Source: an uncultured Gammaproteobacteria bacterium (GTDB lineage Bacteria; Pseudomonadota; Gammaproteobacteria; Steroidobacterales; Steroidobacteraceae). From it: a stretch of DNA of 64,000 bases. A program made the position numbers and the translations under genes. Numbering within the stretch: position 1 is the stretch's first letter; every line of letters starts with the position of its first letter. The stretch lies in contig CAVXAE010000003.1 of assembly GCA_963759725.1 (NCBI GenBank), forward strand, positions 194,406 to 258,405. Direction: 5' to 3'. This document shows, one piece after another, positions 52,396-61,212 of this stretch. Below the pieces are notes generated by a model. That model was not told where the DNA came from, searched no databases, and saw only the letters and a program-made list of their open reading frames with translations.

Positions 52396-54130
52396 ATGGT
52401 CGGCGGCAATTCGGGTGCAGGTGAGACTTCGACCGGCCGACGCGCGATACGGATGCTCACGTTTCGACCCCAAGGGCGACCCTGGTGGCTCGCAGCGATT
52501 GCCGCGATCCTGTTCGCAACCCTGGCCGCCCTGTTGCTCAAACCGATGCTCGAGCAGGCTGTGCGCGCGCGAATCGAGGCTGCGGCAGTGAGCCGCGGCA
52601 TGGTCGCCCGAATCGGGGAGGTGCATGTCGGCGTCTGGCCGTTCGTGCGACTGGAGCAATTCGATCTCGACGCCGGTCTCGGCCTGCAGCTGCATGCCGA
52701 CGCGATCGCGGCCACGTGGCCCGGCCGGTTGCGACTCGCGATTCGCGCCGCCACTATCGCAGCTCCAGGACTGATCACCGTCAGCTCACCGGCCAGTGCC
52801 TGGGACATCGAGGGCATGCGTGGCGGGGACTTGGTCCTTACGCTGGTGGAGCCTCAGTCGGGCTTGTCGATCCGCAAATCCGCGGCTCCGGGAAGCGCCT
52901 GGAGCGTCGAGACGCGCGGGCTCGACGTCACCCGTCTGCTCGATGTGCGGCGCGACACCCACCCGCTGGTCGATGTCGGCGTAGCGGACGGCCGTGTGGA
53001 TCTTCAGATCAGCACCGATGTACTTCGTTTCCACGTGGACATGAGCGCGCGAGGAGCGCGCGTGCAGGCCTTAGCCGATAGCGCCATCGATGACGCGGAG
53101 CTCGGAGACGCGACGAATGTCGTCCTGAGGTTCGATGGCACCTGGCGGCGCGCCGAGGGCGCGGTCGAGATCCCCGAGCTCCACGCGACGGTGGCTGGTG
53201 CGGACTGGTCGGGCTCGCTCGCGCTGCGCGATCTGGAAACCGATCCGGCTGTTGATCTCGCGCTCGGCGTGCGCCAGCTGGACTTCGCGCAACTCCTGAG
53301 CACATTGGGCCTCGCCGTGCCCGAAAGCCTGGGACTCCCGCCCGACCGCGATCCGGGACTGGGCCTGGCCACGATCGAGGTGCAGGTGCGCGGACGCCTC
53401 TCGGATGCGGCCTCGCTTTCGGTCACTCAGAAGATTGGCTTCACGCCGCCGAGTCAGATGCCGCCGCGGATTGTTCGGCTGCGGCGCAGATTTCGTCTTT
53501 GGTGCTGATGAAGGAGCGGGGCCGCACCGCCCCATCAATGTCTCTCCCGCGTCTGCCGACTTCATCGCCCTGGCTGACGTCCCACCGTTGTTCGTGCGCA
53601 CGCTACTGCTCGCCGAAGACACCAGCTTCTACGGGCACCGCGGCATAGACCTGCGTGAACTTCCGGGCGCTCTGCTCACCAACTGGTCGCGCGGCGGCAG
53701 CGCGCGTGGAGCATCGACCATTACCCAGCAGCTGGCCAAGAACCTGTTCCTGTCGCGCGACAAGCAGATCGGACGCAAGCTGCAGGAGCTGGCGATCACG
53801 TTCCTGCTCGAGTCGGCGCTCGGCAAAGATCGCATCCTCGAGATCTACCTGAACATCATCGAATGGGGGCCAGGCCTGCGTGGCCTGCGGCCCGCCGCCC
53901 GCAGATATTTCGGTCGCGAACCCCAGGATCTCACGCCGGCGGAAATGGCTTTCCTTGTTTCGATTATTCCTGGTCCGATCAAGTATCAGCATTCGTTCGC
54001 GCGCGGCACGCCGGGGCCTGGCCTGCGCTCGCTGATCGACGACCTGCTGGCGAAACTTCGCTCGGTGGATGCCATCAGCGAAGAGGAATACGGGCAAGCG
54101 CTCGGTGAGACCATCATCGTCTCCCGATAA
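52396..54130 (+). pseudogene. membrane-anchored protein with AsmA-like N-terminal region fused to a GT51 peptidoglycan transglycosylase domain; one frameshift near 53450-53480
   Basis: N-terminal TM WWLAAIAAILFATLAALLL. C-terminal GT51 motifs (ORF 53405-54130): LLLAEDTSFYGHRGID, GASTITQQLAKNLFLS, RKLQE, ILEIYLN. Confidence 0.7.
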
Positions 54131-54151
54131 CTGGAGAGGCGGCGATGGCGC

Positions 54152-55150
54152 TTACGCCAGCTTCTCGCATCGCTCCACGATGCGCCGATGCAGTGCCGCG
54201 AAGTGCTTCGCGCTCGTCGCTTGCACCTCCGGACGCTGGCCGTACCAACCGAGGTGTGCCAGCTCCCTCACCAGAATGAACAAATCTACGAGCTGCTCAT
54301 CACTCTCATCAAGGTTTCGCTCGTTGCGATAAGCACAGAGCAGCATGGCCCTGAGTTCAATGAAGTTCGGCAGAGCGACGTAAGACTCGAGCGTAGTTGC
54401 AATGTCGTAGTGATACCAGCCGTATGCGGCATCATCGAAATCGATGATGGCGAGCGATGAACCCTCCGCGATGATGTTGTCACTGTGCAGATCTGAATGC
54501 ACCATTCCATAGATATCCGCTGATTTGTCCAGATCACCCAATCGGTGTAGCAGTCGACTTCGCGCAGAGAGTACCAACGCTCGATCGGCGGCAGACAGTA
54601 CCGGATGATCCCAGAACGGCCCCCAATGCGGATACGGCCCCAATAAGCCTTCTCGATCAAGATGCGGACGTTGAAAGCCGCGTGGTGCGCGCCATTGGCT
54701 CGAGATCGTATGCAGACGCGCCAGCATCCGTCCAAGAACCTGCATCATCGACTGCTGGGTAGCCGCGGTAGGTTGATCCTTCATCCACCATGACATCGGC
54801 TGTCCAGGGATCCACTCGGCCAGGCCGGCATATCTCGATTCGAACCCGGCCTCAGCGCCGGTCAAGACAAAAAACTCGCCGGTGCTGGTGCTACGTCCCT
54901 TTGGCACCGCAATACCGGCGTCCGCCAGCGCCGTCGTCCAGACCCGCTCCGATTCCAGTTCCGGCAGATTGCGATATCCGGGACGATGCAGTCTCAGTGC
55001 GTAGATACCGCCGTCGCAGGCGTCCGTTACCTGGAAGGTGATGTTCTCTTCGAGCGTATGCAAACGAAGAGACGATGGCGTGACGCCAAAGGCATGGAGG
55101 GCTCTTCTTGCAGCGCGTTCGTACCGAACCGAGACGTCCTCATCCATCAA
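54152..55150 (-). CDS. APH/homoserine-kinase-II-type phosphotransferase (hydroxylysine-kinase-like)
   Basis: Protein-kinase-like fold motifs: YALRLHRPGY, catalytic HSDLHSDNII, IIDFDDAAYGW. Confidence 0.8.
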   Translation of the reverse strand: MMDEDVSVRYERAARRALHAFGVTPSSLRLHTLEENITFQVTDACDGGIYALRLHRPGYRNLPELESERVWTTALADAGIAVPKGRSTSTGEFFVLTGAEAGFESRYAGLAEWIPGQPMSWWMKDQPTAATQQSMMQVLGRMLARLHTISSQWRAPRGFQRPHLDREGLLGPYPHWGPFWDHPVLSAADRALVLSARSRLLHRLGDLDKSADIYGMVHSDLHSDNIIAEGSSLAIIDFDDAAYGWYHYDIATTLESYVALPNFIELRAMLLCAYRNERNLDESDEQLVDLFILVRELAHLGWYGQRPEVQATSAKHFAALHRRIVERCEKLA

Positions 55151-56435
55151 GCCTATCCATCACTCGATCAAAGGCGCCAATGAACGCTCTCGCCTCCCGC
55201 TCGCCGAGTACGAGCGGTGGTCGGATCTTGACCTGACTGGAGTGGGGACCATTGGTGCCCGTCAGAAATCCTTCACCCACCAGCGCATCCACGATACGGC
55301 TGGCAAGTTCTCCATTTGGAGCTTGGCTTGCCTTCCCCGCGACGATTTCGATGTTGATGAAAAGTCCGTGACCGCGTACCTCCCCCAACGTGGGCCAACG
55401 CCCAAGGCGGGCGTTGAGGTCGGCCATCAATAGCTGACCGACGCGTTGTACGTTTTCCTGAACGCAGAGACGCTGGATCTCCTCGAGCACGGCCAGGCCT
55501 GCTGCGGCTTGCAGAGGACTCGATGAACAGGTGTTGAAGTAGTGCGATTTCTGCCGAAATGCTCGCGTCAATTCGCCACTCGCTGCCGTGGCGGCCAACG
55601 GCAACCCATTGCCCATCGGCTTGCCTGTCACGACGATATCGGGAGCAATGCCCGCAACCTGATAGCCCCACCAGGAACCGGTGCGGCAGTAGCCGGCCTG
55701 CACTTCATCGAAAATGATCAAGCCTCCTGCCTGTCGCACGTGGGACGTGAGCTCGGACAGGAAACCGGCCGGAACTGCGGGAGTTCCCTCGTTCGCGAAG
55801 ATGGGACACACCAGCATTGCGGCGATGCCTGCCTCCGATCGCGCGAGAGCCCGCACAGCCGTGAGGGCTCGCTCCAGAAAAAATTCACCCGCCGACGAGG
55901 CGCCGGTAGCCGAGGAGGAAAACCTGAAGGGGTCCGGAACGGGGAAAGAGCGCACTTCCTCGCTGGCGGGATTGTCCGGATCGACGTCCGTCAGTTGTGA
56001 CACCAGGGTACTGTTGCCGTGATAGGCATGTGCACAACAGAGGATTCCTCGGCGCCCGGTTGCCGCGCGAGCCATCTGGATCGCCACCTCCACCGCCTCC
56101 GTGCCGCTGCAGCTGAATACGACATTCTCGATCCCGTCAGGATGCAGTTCGAGATACCGCTCAGCGAAATCGAGGATCCCGCGATGCAAATAACGGCTAT
56201 GCACATTGAGGGTGCTCTGCGCCCGTGCCATTGCCTCGACAACGTGCGCGTTCGCATGACCCACACAGGGGACGTTGTTGTACAAATCGACGTAACGACG
56301 ACCGTCTGCATCGAACAGGAAGGCGCCCTCGCCTCTTACGATTTCCAGAGGGCGCGTGTAGAACAATGGCGCACCCGGACCGAGGAGCCGGTCGCGGCGC
56401 TTTCTTAGTGAACTATCGGTTTGGGTCTCAGACAT
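55140..56435 (-). CDS. class-III aminotransferase-fold enzyme of the AGXT2L/phospho-lyase subfamily
   Basis: ATG 56435. NNVPCVGHANAHVVEAM...LNVHSRYLH, AHAYHGNS, FDEVQAGYCRTG, VTGKPMGNGLPL and VKIRPPL resemble ethanolamine-phosphate/5-phosphohydroxylysine phospho-lyases. Overlaps the kinase start by 11 nt. Confidence 0.8.
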   Translation of the reverse strand: MSETQTDSSLRKRRDRLLGPGAPLFYTRPLEIVRGEGAFLFDADGRRYVDLYNNVPCVGHANAHVVEAMARAQSTLNVHSRYLHRGILDFAERYLELHPDGIENVVFSCSGTEAVEVAIQMARAATGRRGILCCAHAYHGNSTLVSQLTDVDPDNPASEEVRSFPVPDPFRFSSSATGASSAGEFFLERALTAVRALARSEAGIAAMLVCPIFANEGTPAVPAGFLSELTSHVRQAGGLIIFDEVQAGYCRTGSWWGYQVAGIAPDIVVTGKPMGNGLPLAATAASGELTRAFRQKSHYFNTCSSSPLQAAAGLAVLEEIQRLCVQENVQRVGQLLMADLNARLGRWPTLGEVRGHGLFINIEIVAGKASQAPNGELASRIVDALVGEGFLTGTNGPHSSQVKIRPPLVLGEREARAFIGAFDRVMDRLDG

Positions 56436-56529
56436 CTGATGCTGTACCGATGTGTCCGGAATGGACCTGTGATGTCCCAGGACTAAGGTGACATTCTGGC
56501 TCACTTCTCGCCCCGGGAGTAGAGAGCTC

Positions 56530-56837
56530 ATGACCAAGACCGAACTGACCGAGTACTAGCCTGGCGACTGAGGGTACTACGCGAGGCTGGCGCTGAGCCC
56601 CGGAACGTGGCTGCAACCTGTCGTCATTTCGGCCTTTCCCGCAGAACGTTCTACAAATGGAAAGCCCGATTTGAAGCTCATGGAGAGGCAGGACTGTGTG
56701 ATCGACCGCGCATCCCACATCGCTCGCCACGCGCCACTGGGAGCGAAGTCGTCTCGAAGATCCTTCACCTGCGCAAAGACGACCTGCTACGGTTTCACCA
56801 ATTGAGGATTGCACGCTCTCGATGCATCGCATTCTGA
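56530..56837 (+). mobile_element. IS481-family transposase N-terminal (HTH) fragment, frameshifted and truncated
   Basis: RVLREAGAEPRNVAATCRHFGLSRRTFYKWKARFEAHGEAGLCDRPRIPHRSPRATGSEVVSKILHLRKD matches the N-terminal about 100 aa of IS481-like transposases. No rve catalytic domain follows. Confidence 0.65.
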
Positions 56838-56889
56838 TTCGACATGGACTACGCCTGTTGCCGCGACTTGAGACCTTACATCGAAAAAC

Positions 56890-56934
56890 TGGCTGGGGCG
56901 CCAGGCTTCGAACCTGGGGATGGCTGGATCAAAA
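56890..56934 (-). pseudogene. orphan 3' half of tRNA-Gln(UUG): anticodon loop to CCA
   Basis: Minus strand reads TTTTGAT-CCAGC-CATCC-CCAGG-TTCGAAG-CCTGG-CGCCCCA-G-CCA. That is anticodon loop (UUG), 3' anticodon stem, variable loop, complete T arm, 3' acceptor strand, discriminator and CCA. The upstream 32 nt cannot form a D arm or 5' acceptor strand. Confidence 0.65.
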
Positions 56935-57342
56935 CATCGATTCCCTATCGTAGCTATCAATAACTGGAAAGGCGCCGCTTCAAAAAGCCGCAGGCGGAAG
57001 TTTCCCCTTCTCTCCGGCGCGTACATGGCTCAACCCCGTATCGGCCAAACGTCATTCCTCGGAGCGCATACCGAACGCATTGCGTAGGAATCCGCCGATT
57101 TAGTGCTACAGAGCCTCGCGCCCATCATCAAAGGTGCGGTACCGCACAGAGAGATTCCGAAATGGCCTGTCACGCCACTTTTCTTCGCAGATTCTGGCGG
57201 ACGCGCCTCTGATCGAGGTATCCGGTTTGCTGATTAGGGAGCATTCGCCAACCTTTTCGACAAAGGGCTCAAAAGAGCTATGCCCCCTACGGTTTCGAGT
57301 CTCGCGCTTTTGGTTCCCCGCCCCCGCCTCACACTCTCTCCG

Positions 57343-57912
57343 ATGGCCAGCGTTATTGAAAGAATGTGCACCGGCGATGAGGGTGCGCTCAATTCACTCA
57401 TAGAGCGCACGATCCCTGGTCTTATGCGCCTTGCGCGCAGCATCACTCGGAATCCGTCCGATGCCGACGACGTCGTCGCTTCGGTGTATAAGCGTGCCTG
57501 GGCCAACGCTGCCCAATACGACGCCGAGCGTGGCTCCGTATACGCATGGCTACACGCCATGTGTCGCAGCGTCGCGCTCGACGCGCTTCGACATCGCAAG
57601 AGCCACGATCCGCAACGCATCACGTTCGCAGAGGACGCTTACTGGGGACATGCGCCTGGCCCTCACGCGTGCGCAGAAAGCGAGCAATTCCGTCGCGTCC
57701 TTCACTTGGCCATCGGAGGGATGCCTTCGCTGTCACAGCAGCTTATTGCCATGGCGTTCTTTCGCGATCTGAGCCACGCCGAAATTGCAGCCATATCCGG
57801 AATCCCGCTCGGTACGGTCAAATCGCAACTTCGCCGTGCGTTATTGCGGCTTAGGAGGTCGTTGGAGTCTGCGGGTACGATTCCGTTAGGTGATCGTTAC
57901 CCTTCCGCATAG
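57343..57912 (+). CDS. ECF-type RNA polymerase sigma-70 family factor
   Basis: Region 2 (DADDVVASVYKRAWANAAQYDAERGSVYAWLHAMCRSVALDALR) and region 4 (LSHAEIAAISGIPLGTVKSQLRRALLRLR). No anti-sigma gene follows. Confidence 0.8.
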   Translation: MASVIERMCTGDEGALNSLIERTIPGLMRLARSITRNPSDADDVVASVYKRAWANAAQYDAERGSVYAWLHAMCRSVALDALRHRKSHDPQRITFAEDAYWGHAPGPHACAESEQFRRVLHLAIGGMPSLSQQLIAMAFFRDLSHAEIAAISGIPLGTVKSQLRRALLRLRRSLESAGTIPLGDRYPSA

Positions 57913-58029
57913 TCACGGCTTCCTCGGTGTTAACCGGCGCCCTAATTGGACGCCGATCGGCGTTGCAAGACCTTGTTTCCATTGCGCACGGCGGGCGAAT
58001 GCGTGGTCAATATCCGATGCCGGTTTACA

Positions 58030-58527
58030 GCTTGCCGGCTTCCGAAAAAATTGACGCTCGCGTGAGCTTGGTCAAAGGGGCATAGCATTCGAAATAACCA
58101 TGCGCGCCCGAGCCGCGGGCATGGACGATGCGCTCCGGAATGCGCTCGTGGTCGAAGTGCGTGATTTTCTCGCGGAGAATGAAGTCTTCCATGAGCGTCG
58201 AACCGCGCAGGCTGCCTTCAGCAAGTTTTGGTTGTCCGCGACGGGTACGCCCTGGTTGGTCGTGAGTGGCTGACCGCCCGAGTCGACCCGCACGCGATCG
58301 AGCGGGCCGCTGGCCGGATTGAAACTCATCTGCGGCATGCCTTTACCGGCTTTCGGCGAAGCGATGGTTTCCGTGAGCGTGCTGCCGGCCACGATCGGAT
58401 CGGGGGGCTCGACCGCCTGACCCGTCGCCGGTTGAAGCGCGGCCTTGCCAAACTCCGAGGGCTTAGCGGCATTGAAGGGAAACGCTGCGGCAACGGCTTC
58501 GGTGCCCGCAGTTCTGGCGGTGGGCAA
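58030..58527 (-). pseudogene. large-subunit (HPII/KatE-like) catalase N-terminal remnant, frameshifted and truncated
   Basis: [18 protein letters not shown], then (after a frameshift) [42 protein letters not shown]. Homology stops about 150 codons in; the remaining roughly 600 codons are absent. Confidence 0.7.
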
Positions 58528-58674
58528 ATCCTGGATGGCAGCCGCTCTGCCTTTTGCGTCGGGCCGCTCACAGTGGAACGCGCAGAACTCGCAGCGGTTG
58601 CACCCACCGCACTCCTCGCAAGTCGAGTCCTAGTCGCCCCGCCGGGCAGGTGAACCGACTGATGAGCCCGGGTC

Positions 58675-59061
58675 TTAAAGGCCGGTCACGGCCTCGATCT
58701 TGTTGCCATCGAGATCGAAGACAAACGCGCCGTAATAGGTGGACGAGTACTGCGGTCGCAGGCCCGGTGGCCCGCCATCACGTCCACCTAGACGCAAAGC
58801 CTCACGATAGAAGGCGTCGACCATCGCTCTATCTTTCGCCTCGAACGCGATGTGCACGCCGTTGCCTGGGCTTGCAGCCTTACCGTCCGTCGGTGTTTCC
58901 AGGCTGAACGCCAATCCCTCGGCACCGTAATCGACCGACTCTTCGTCAGCTTGGCGGACCTGCAATCCGAGAAGCTGCATTAGGGGGTCGTAGAATGCCT
59001 TCGCTCGGGCCACATCGTTCACGCCGACCGAGACATGACTCAACCCGCTCAACGTTCGCAT
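58675..59061 (-). CDS. VOC (glyoxalase/bleomycin-resistance/dioxygenase) family protein
   Basis: Intact 128-aa ORF. LSHVSVGVNDVARAKAFYDPLM...GNGVHIAFEA...YGAFVFDLDGNKIEAV. Confidence 0.8.
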   Translation of the reverse strand: MRTLSGLSHVSVGVNDVARAKAFYDPLMQLLGLQVRQADEESVDYGAEGLAFSLETPTDGKAASPGNGVHIAFEAKDRAMVDAFYREALRLGGRDGGPPGLRPQYSSTYYGAFVFDLDGNKIEAVTGL

Positions 59062-59156
59062 CCTGTTCCGGCCTTGCCTGCCGCAAGCTCATCGCCCGCC
59101 ATTGCGTAAGGCGGCGGGCTGTAGCGGTTCGAGGTATGGCGGTGTCTCATCGCCCG

Positions 59157-59391
59157 CTACCGATCGCCGCGATCACCTTGGCCGATTTTGGCCCTCCGCT
59201 TGGCCTTGCGACGCCGATCGGCCGACAGCGATCGACCCTGATCGTCACTTTCCTTGACCCGTCCGCGAGTGTCTCGCCGCACATACCGCTTATCGCCGCG
59301 CGGGGCAATCAATTCGCGTTTGGCAGCCTTGCGACGGGACTTCTTGGCGGGAGACCGTTCTGCTCGTTTCGCCTTTGCGCTTCGCAGCCAT
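59157..59391 (-). pseudogene. small highly basic conserved-looking protein (about 77 aa), one frameshift; absent from the ORF track
   Basis: GGAG RBS plus ATG 59391: MAAKRKGETSRTVS. A +1 shift then gives AKKSRRKAAKRELIAPRGDKRYVRRDTRGRVKESDDQGRSLSADRRRKAKRRAKIGQGDRGDR and a stop at 59157. Confidence 0.45.
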
Positions 59392-59479
59392 CACTCCACT
59401 CCTTCGCTATGACGATGTCTCGCTGATGAGCAAAGCGCGTGCCTAACCGGTGCTACTCATTTTCGGTCGATTGATGACT

Positions 59480-60355
59480 TCAATCAGAGGTGGCGAGGGT
59501 TTGCAGCAACGCCGGAATTTCGGGTAAGAGTTCGCGGGCCAAAAATCCCAAAGGCCCCATCCGCTCTGAGAGTATTCGACCAGCCTGCCCGTGCAAATAG
59601 ACACTCCACAACGCAGCTTGAAGCGGCGTGGCGCCCCGAGCCATGAGTCCGGCCAGGATCCCTGCCATGACATCGCCCGATCCCGCTGTCGCCAATCCCA
59701 CCACACCCCCTTCGTGCAGATAGGCCGCACCGGAGGGCTGCGCAATGTAGGTGTCCGCGCCCTTTAAGACGACGATGCAATCCAGCTGGGTCGCGACTTC
59801 AGTTGCAACGCGCAATGGGTCGGCGCACACCGCCTCTTTAGCGAGGCCAGTGAGTTTGGCCATCTCGCCCGCGTGGGGGGTGATGACCAGCTTGCCACGA
59901 TGTCGGACCACAATTTGGGGTGAGCCCCAAAGCCCCGTGAGCGCCATGGCATCGATCACGAAAGAAGGACCCAACGTGCGCTCCAGCACGCCGCGCGCCA
60001 GCCCCTGTGCGGCCGACTCGTCCATCAGACCGGGTCCTATCAACACAGTGTCCACCCGTTCGGTCAAGGTACTGACTTCTCCGCTCGCCGCCCTCGCCGG
60101 ATCCTTGTCCTGCGTTTCGGAAAACTCGTGGACCCCGGCCTCGGGAAACGCGACGGCAATCGGAATCGAGAGCGATTGCGGAACGGCGAGCAATACCTTG
60201 CCGGCTCCTGCGCGCAGAGCCGCCGTGCCACTCAGTAACACGGCCCCCGGTGAGCACGCCGAGGCGCCTACGACTAGCACCTTGCCGCGTGAATCCTTGT
60301 CCGTGTCGCCTTGCGGCCATGGCAATGGCATCTGATGCAGAAGAGCGGCCGTGAC
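59480..60355 (-). CDS. nnrD: ADP-dependent NAD(P)H-hydrate dehydratase (YjeF C-terminal domain)
   Basis: DKDSRGKVLVVGAS..GAVLLSGTAALRAGAGKV, ITPHAGEMAKL, LKGADT and ATAGSGDVMAGI motifs. Start is GTG 60355 or ATG 60331. Confidence 0.8.
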   Translation of the reverse strand, partial: VTAALLHQMPLPWPQGDTDKDSRGKVLVVGASACSPGAVLLSGTAALRAGAGKVLLAVPQSLSIPIAVAFPEAGVHEFSETQDKDPARAASGEVSTLTERVDTVLIGPGLMDESAAQGLARGVLERTLGPSFVIDAMALTGLWGSPQIVVRHRGKLVITPHAGEMAKLTGLAKEAVCADPLRVATEVATQLDCIVVLKGADTYIAQPSGAAYLHEGGVVGLATAGSGDVMAGILAGLMARGATPLQAALWSVYLHGQAGRILSERMGPLGFLARELLPEIPALLQTLATSD

Positions 60356-60369
60356 TCGCTCAGGTTCGC

Positions 60370-61212
60370 TCACTTGGCAGCGACCTTCGCATCGGGTGCG
60401 GTCGTCACCGGGGCGCCTTCGCGCCGCAGAGGCGCCACTGCATTGTAGCGCTGCAAGACGAGAGAGCCGCCTTTGGGCGGCCTGTTCTCGCGATACGCGT
60501 ATTCGGTCACGCCGCAATTTGCGACATCGCCGTCCCGATCGATCGCAAGTATCTGGGCTTCATCAAGCTCCTCGAGGAGGTATCGCAAACATAACACCAC
60601 GACTTCGTGAGTCACGATGAGCACCCGTCGTGCAGGGTAATGCAGGCTCAAGGTATCGAGCGCGCTACGCAAGCGCAGAATCACGTCGCACCAGCTCTCT
60701 CCACCCGGCGGACGATGATAGAACTTGCCGAGGAGCGTGCGGGCCTGGGCCTGCTCGGGAAACAATTCAGTGATGCCGGCATGGGTGAGCCGATCGAGAA
60801 TGCCGAACTCGCGTTCGCGCAAGCGCTCGTCGATGACCGTGGCGGGCGCAGGCGTTGCCAATCCGCCACCCTCGCAGATCAGCTCCGCGGTATGACGGGC
60901 ACGCAGGTACGGAGAGGACAAGACAATTTCGGGGCGCTCCAAGTCTGGCCGCTCGGAAAACCACTTGCCGAGCGCGCAGGACTGCTGGATGCCGCGCTCA
61001 CTCAACGGTACATCCACATCGCGATCGGCGATGTCGATGCGGGAAAGACCCGAGGCCTGGGCGGCATTGCGCGCGACATTGCCGGCACTCTCGCCGTGAC
61101 GCACGAGCCACAATTGACTGGGCCAGCGCGGGCGGGGATGCCCTCGCCAACCTAAAATCGATGTCAAGGCACCCACCGGCTTATTCCGCGCCGGTCTGAC
61201 TATGCGGCGCAT
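60370..61212 (-). CDS. histidine phosphatase (phosphoglycerate-mutase-like) family protein
   Basis: LWLVRHGESAGN (RHG motif), ERGIQQ, IVTHEVV. Start is uncertain; the ORF-track start overlaps the upstream gene by 32 nt. Confidence 0.75.
   Translation of the reverse strand: MRRIVRPARNKPVGALTSILGWRGHPRPRWPSQLWLVRHGESAGNVARNAAQASGLSRIDIADRDVDVPLSERGIQQSCALGKWFSERPDLERPEIVLSSPYLRARHTAELICEGGGLATPAPATVIDERLREREFGILDRLTHAGITELFPEQAQARTLLGKFYHRPPGGESWCDVILRLRSALDTLSLHYPARRVLIVTHEVVVLCLRYLLEELDEAQILAIDRDGDVANCGVTEYAYRENRPPKGGSLVLQRYNAVAPLRREGAPVTTAPDAKVAAK

Noticed and set aside
57134-57147. Perfect 14-bp palindrome GTGCGGTACCGCAC upstream of the ECF sigma gene, considered as an operator. I also looked for an ECF-type GGAAC-N16-CGT promoter.
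   Set aside because: It is a single occurrence about 200 nt from the start codon, with no convincing -35/-10 ECF consensus nearby. The support is insufficient.
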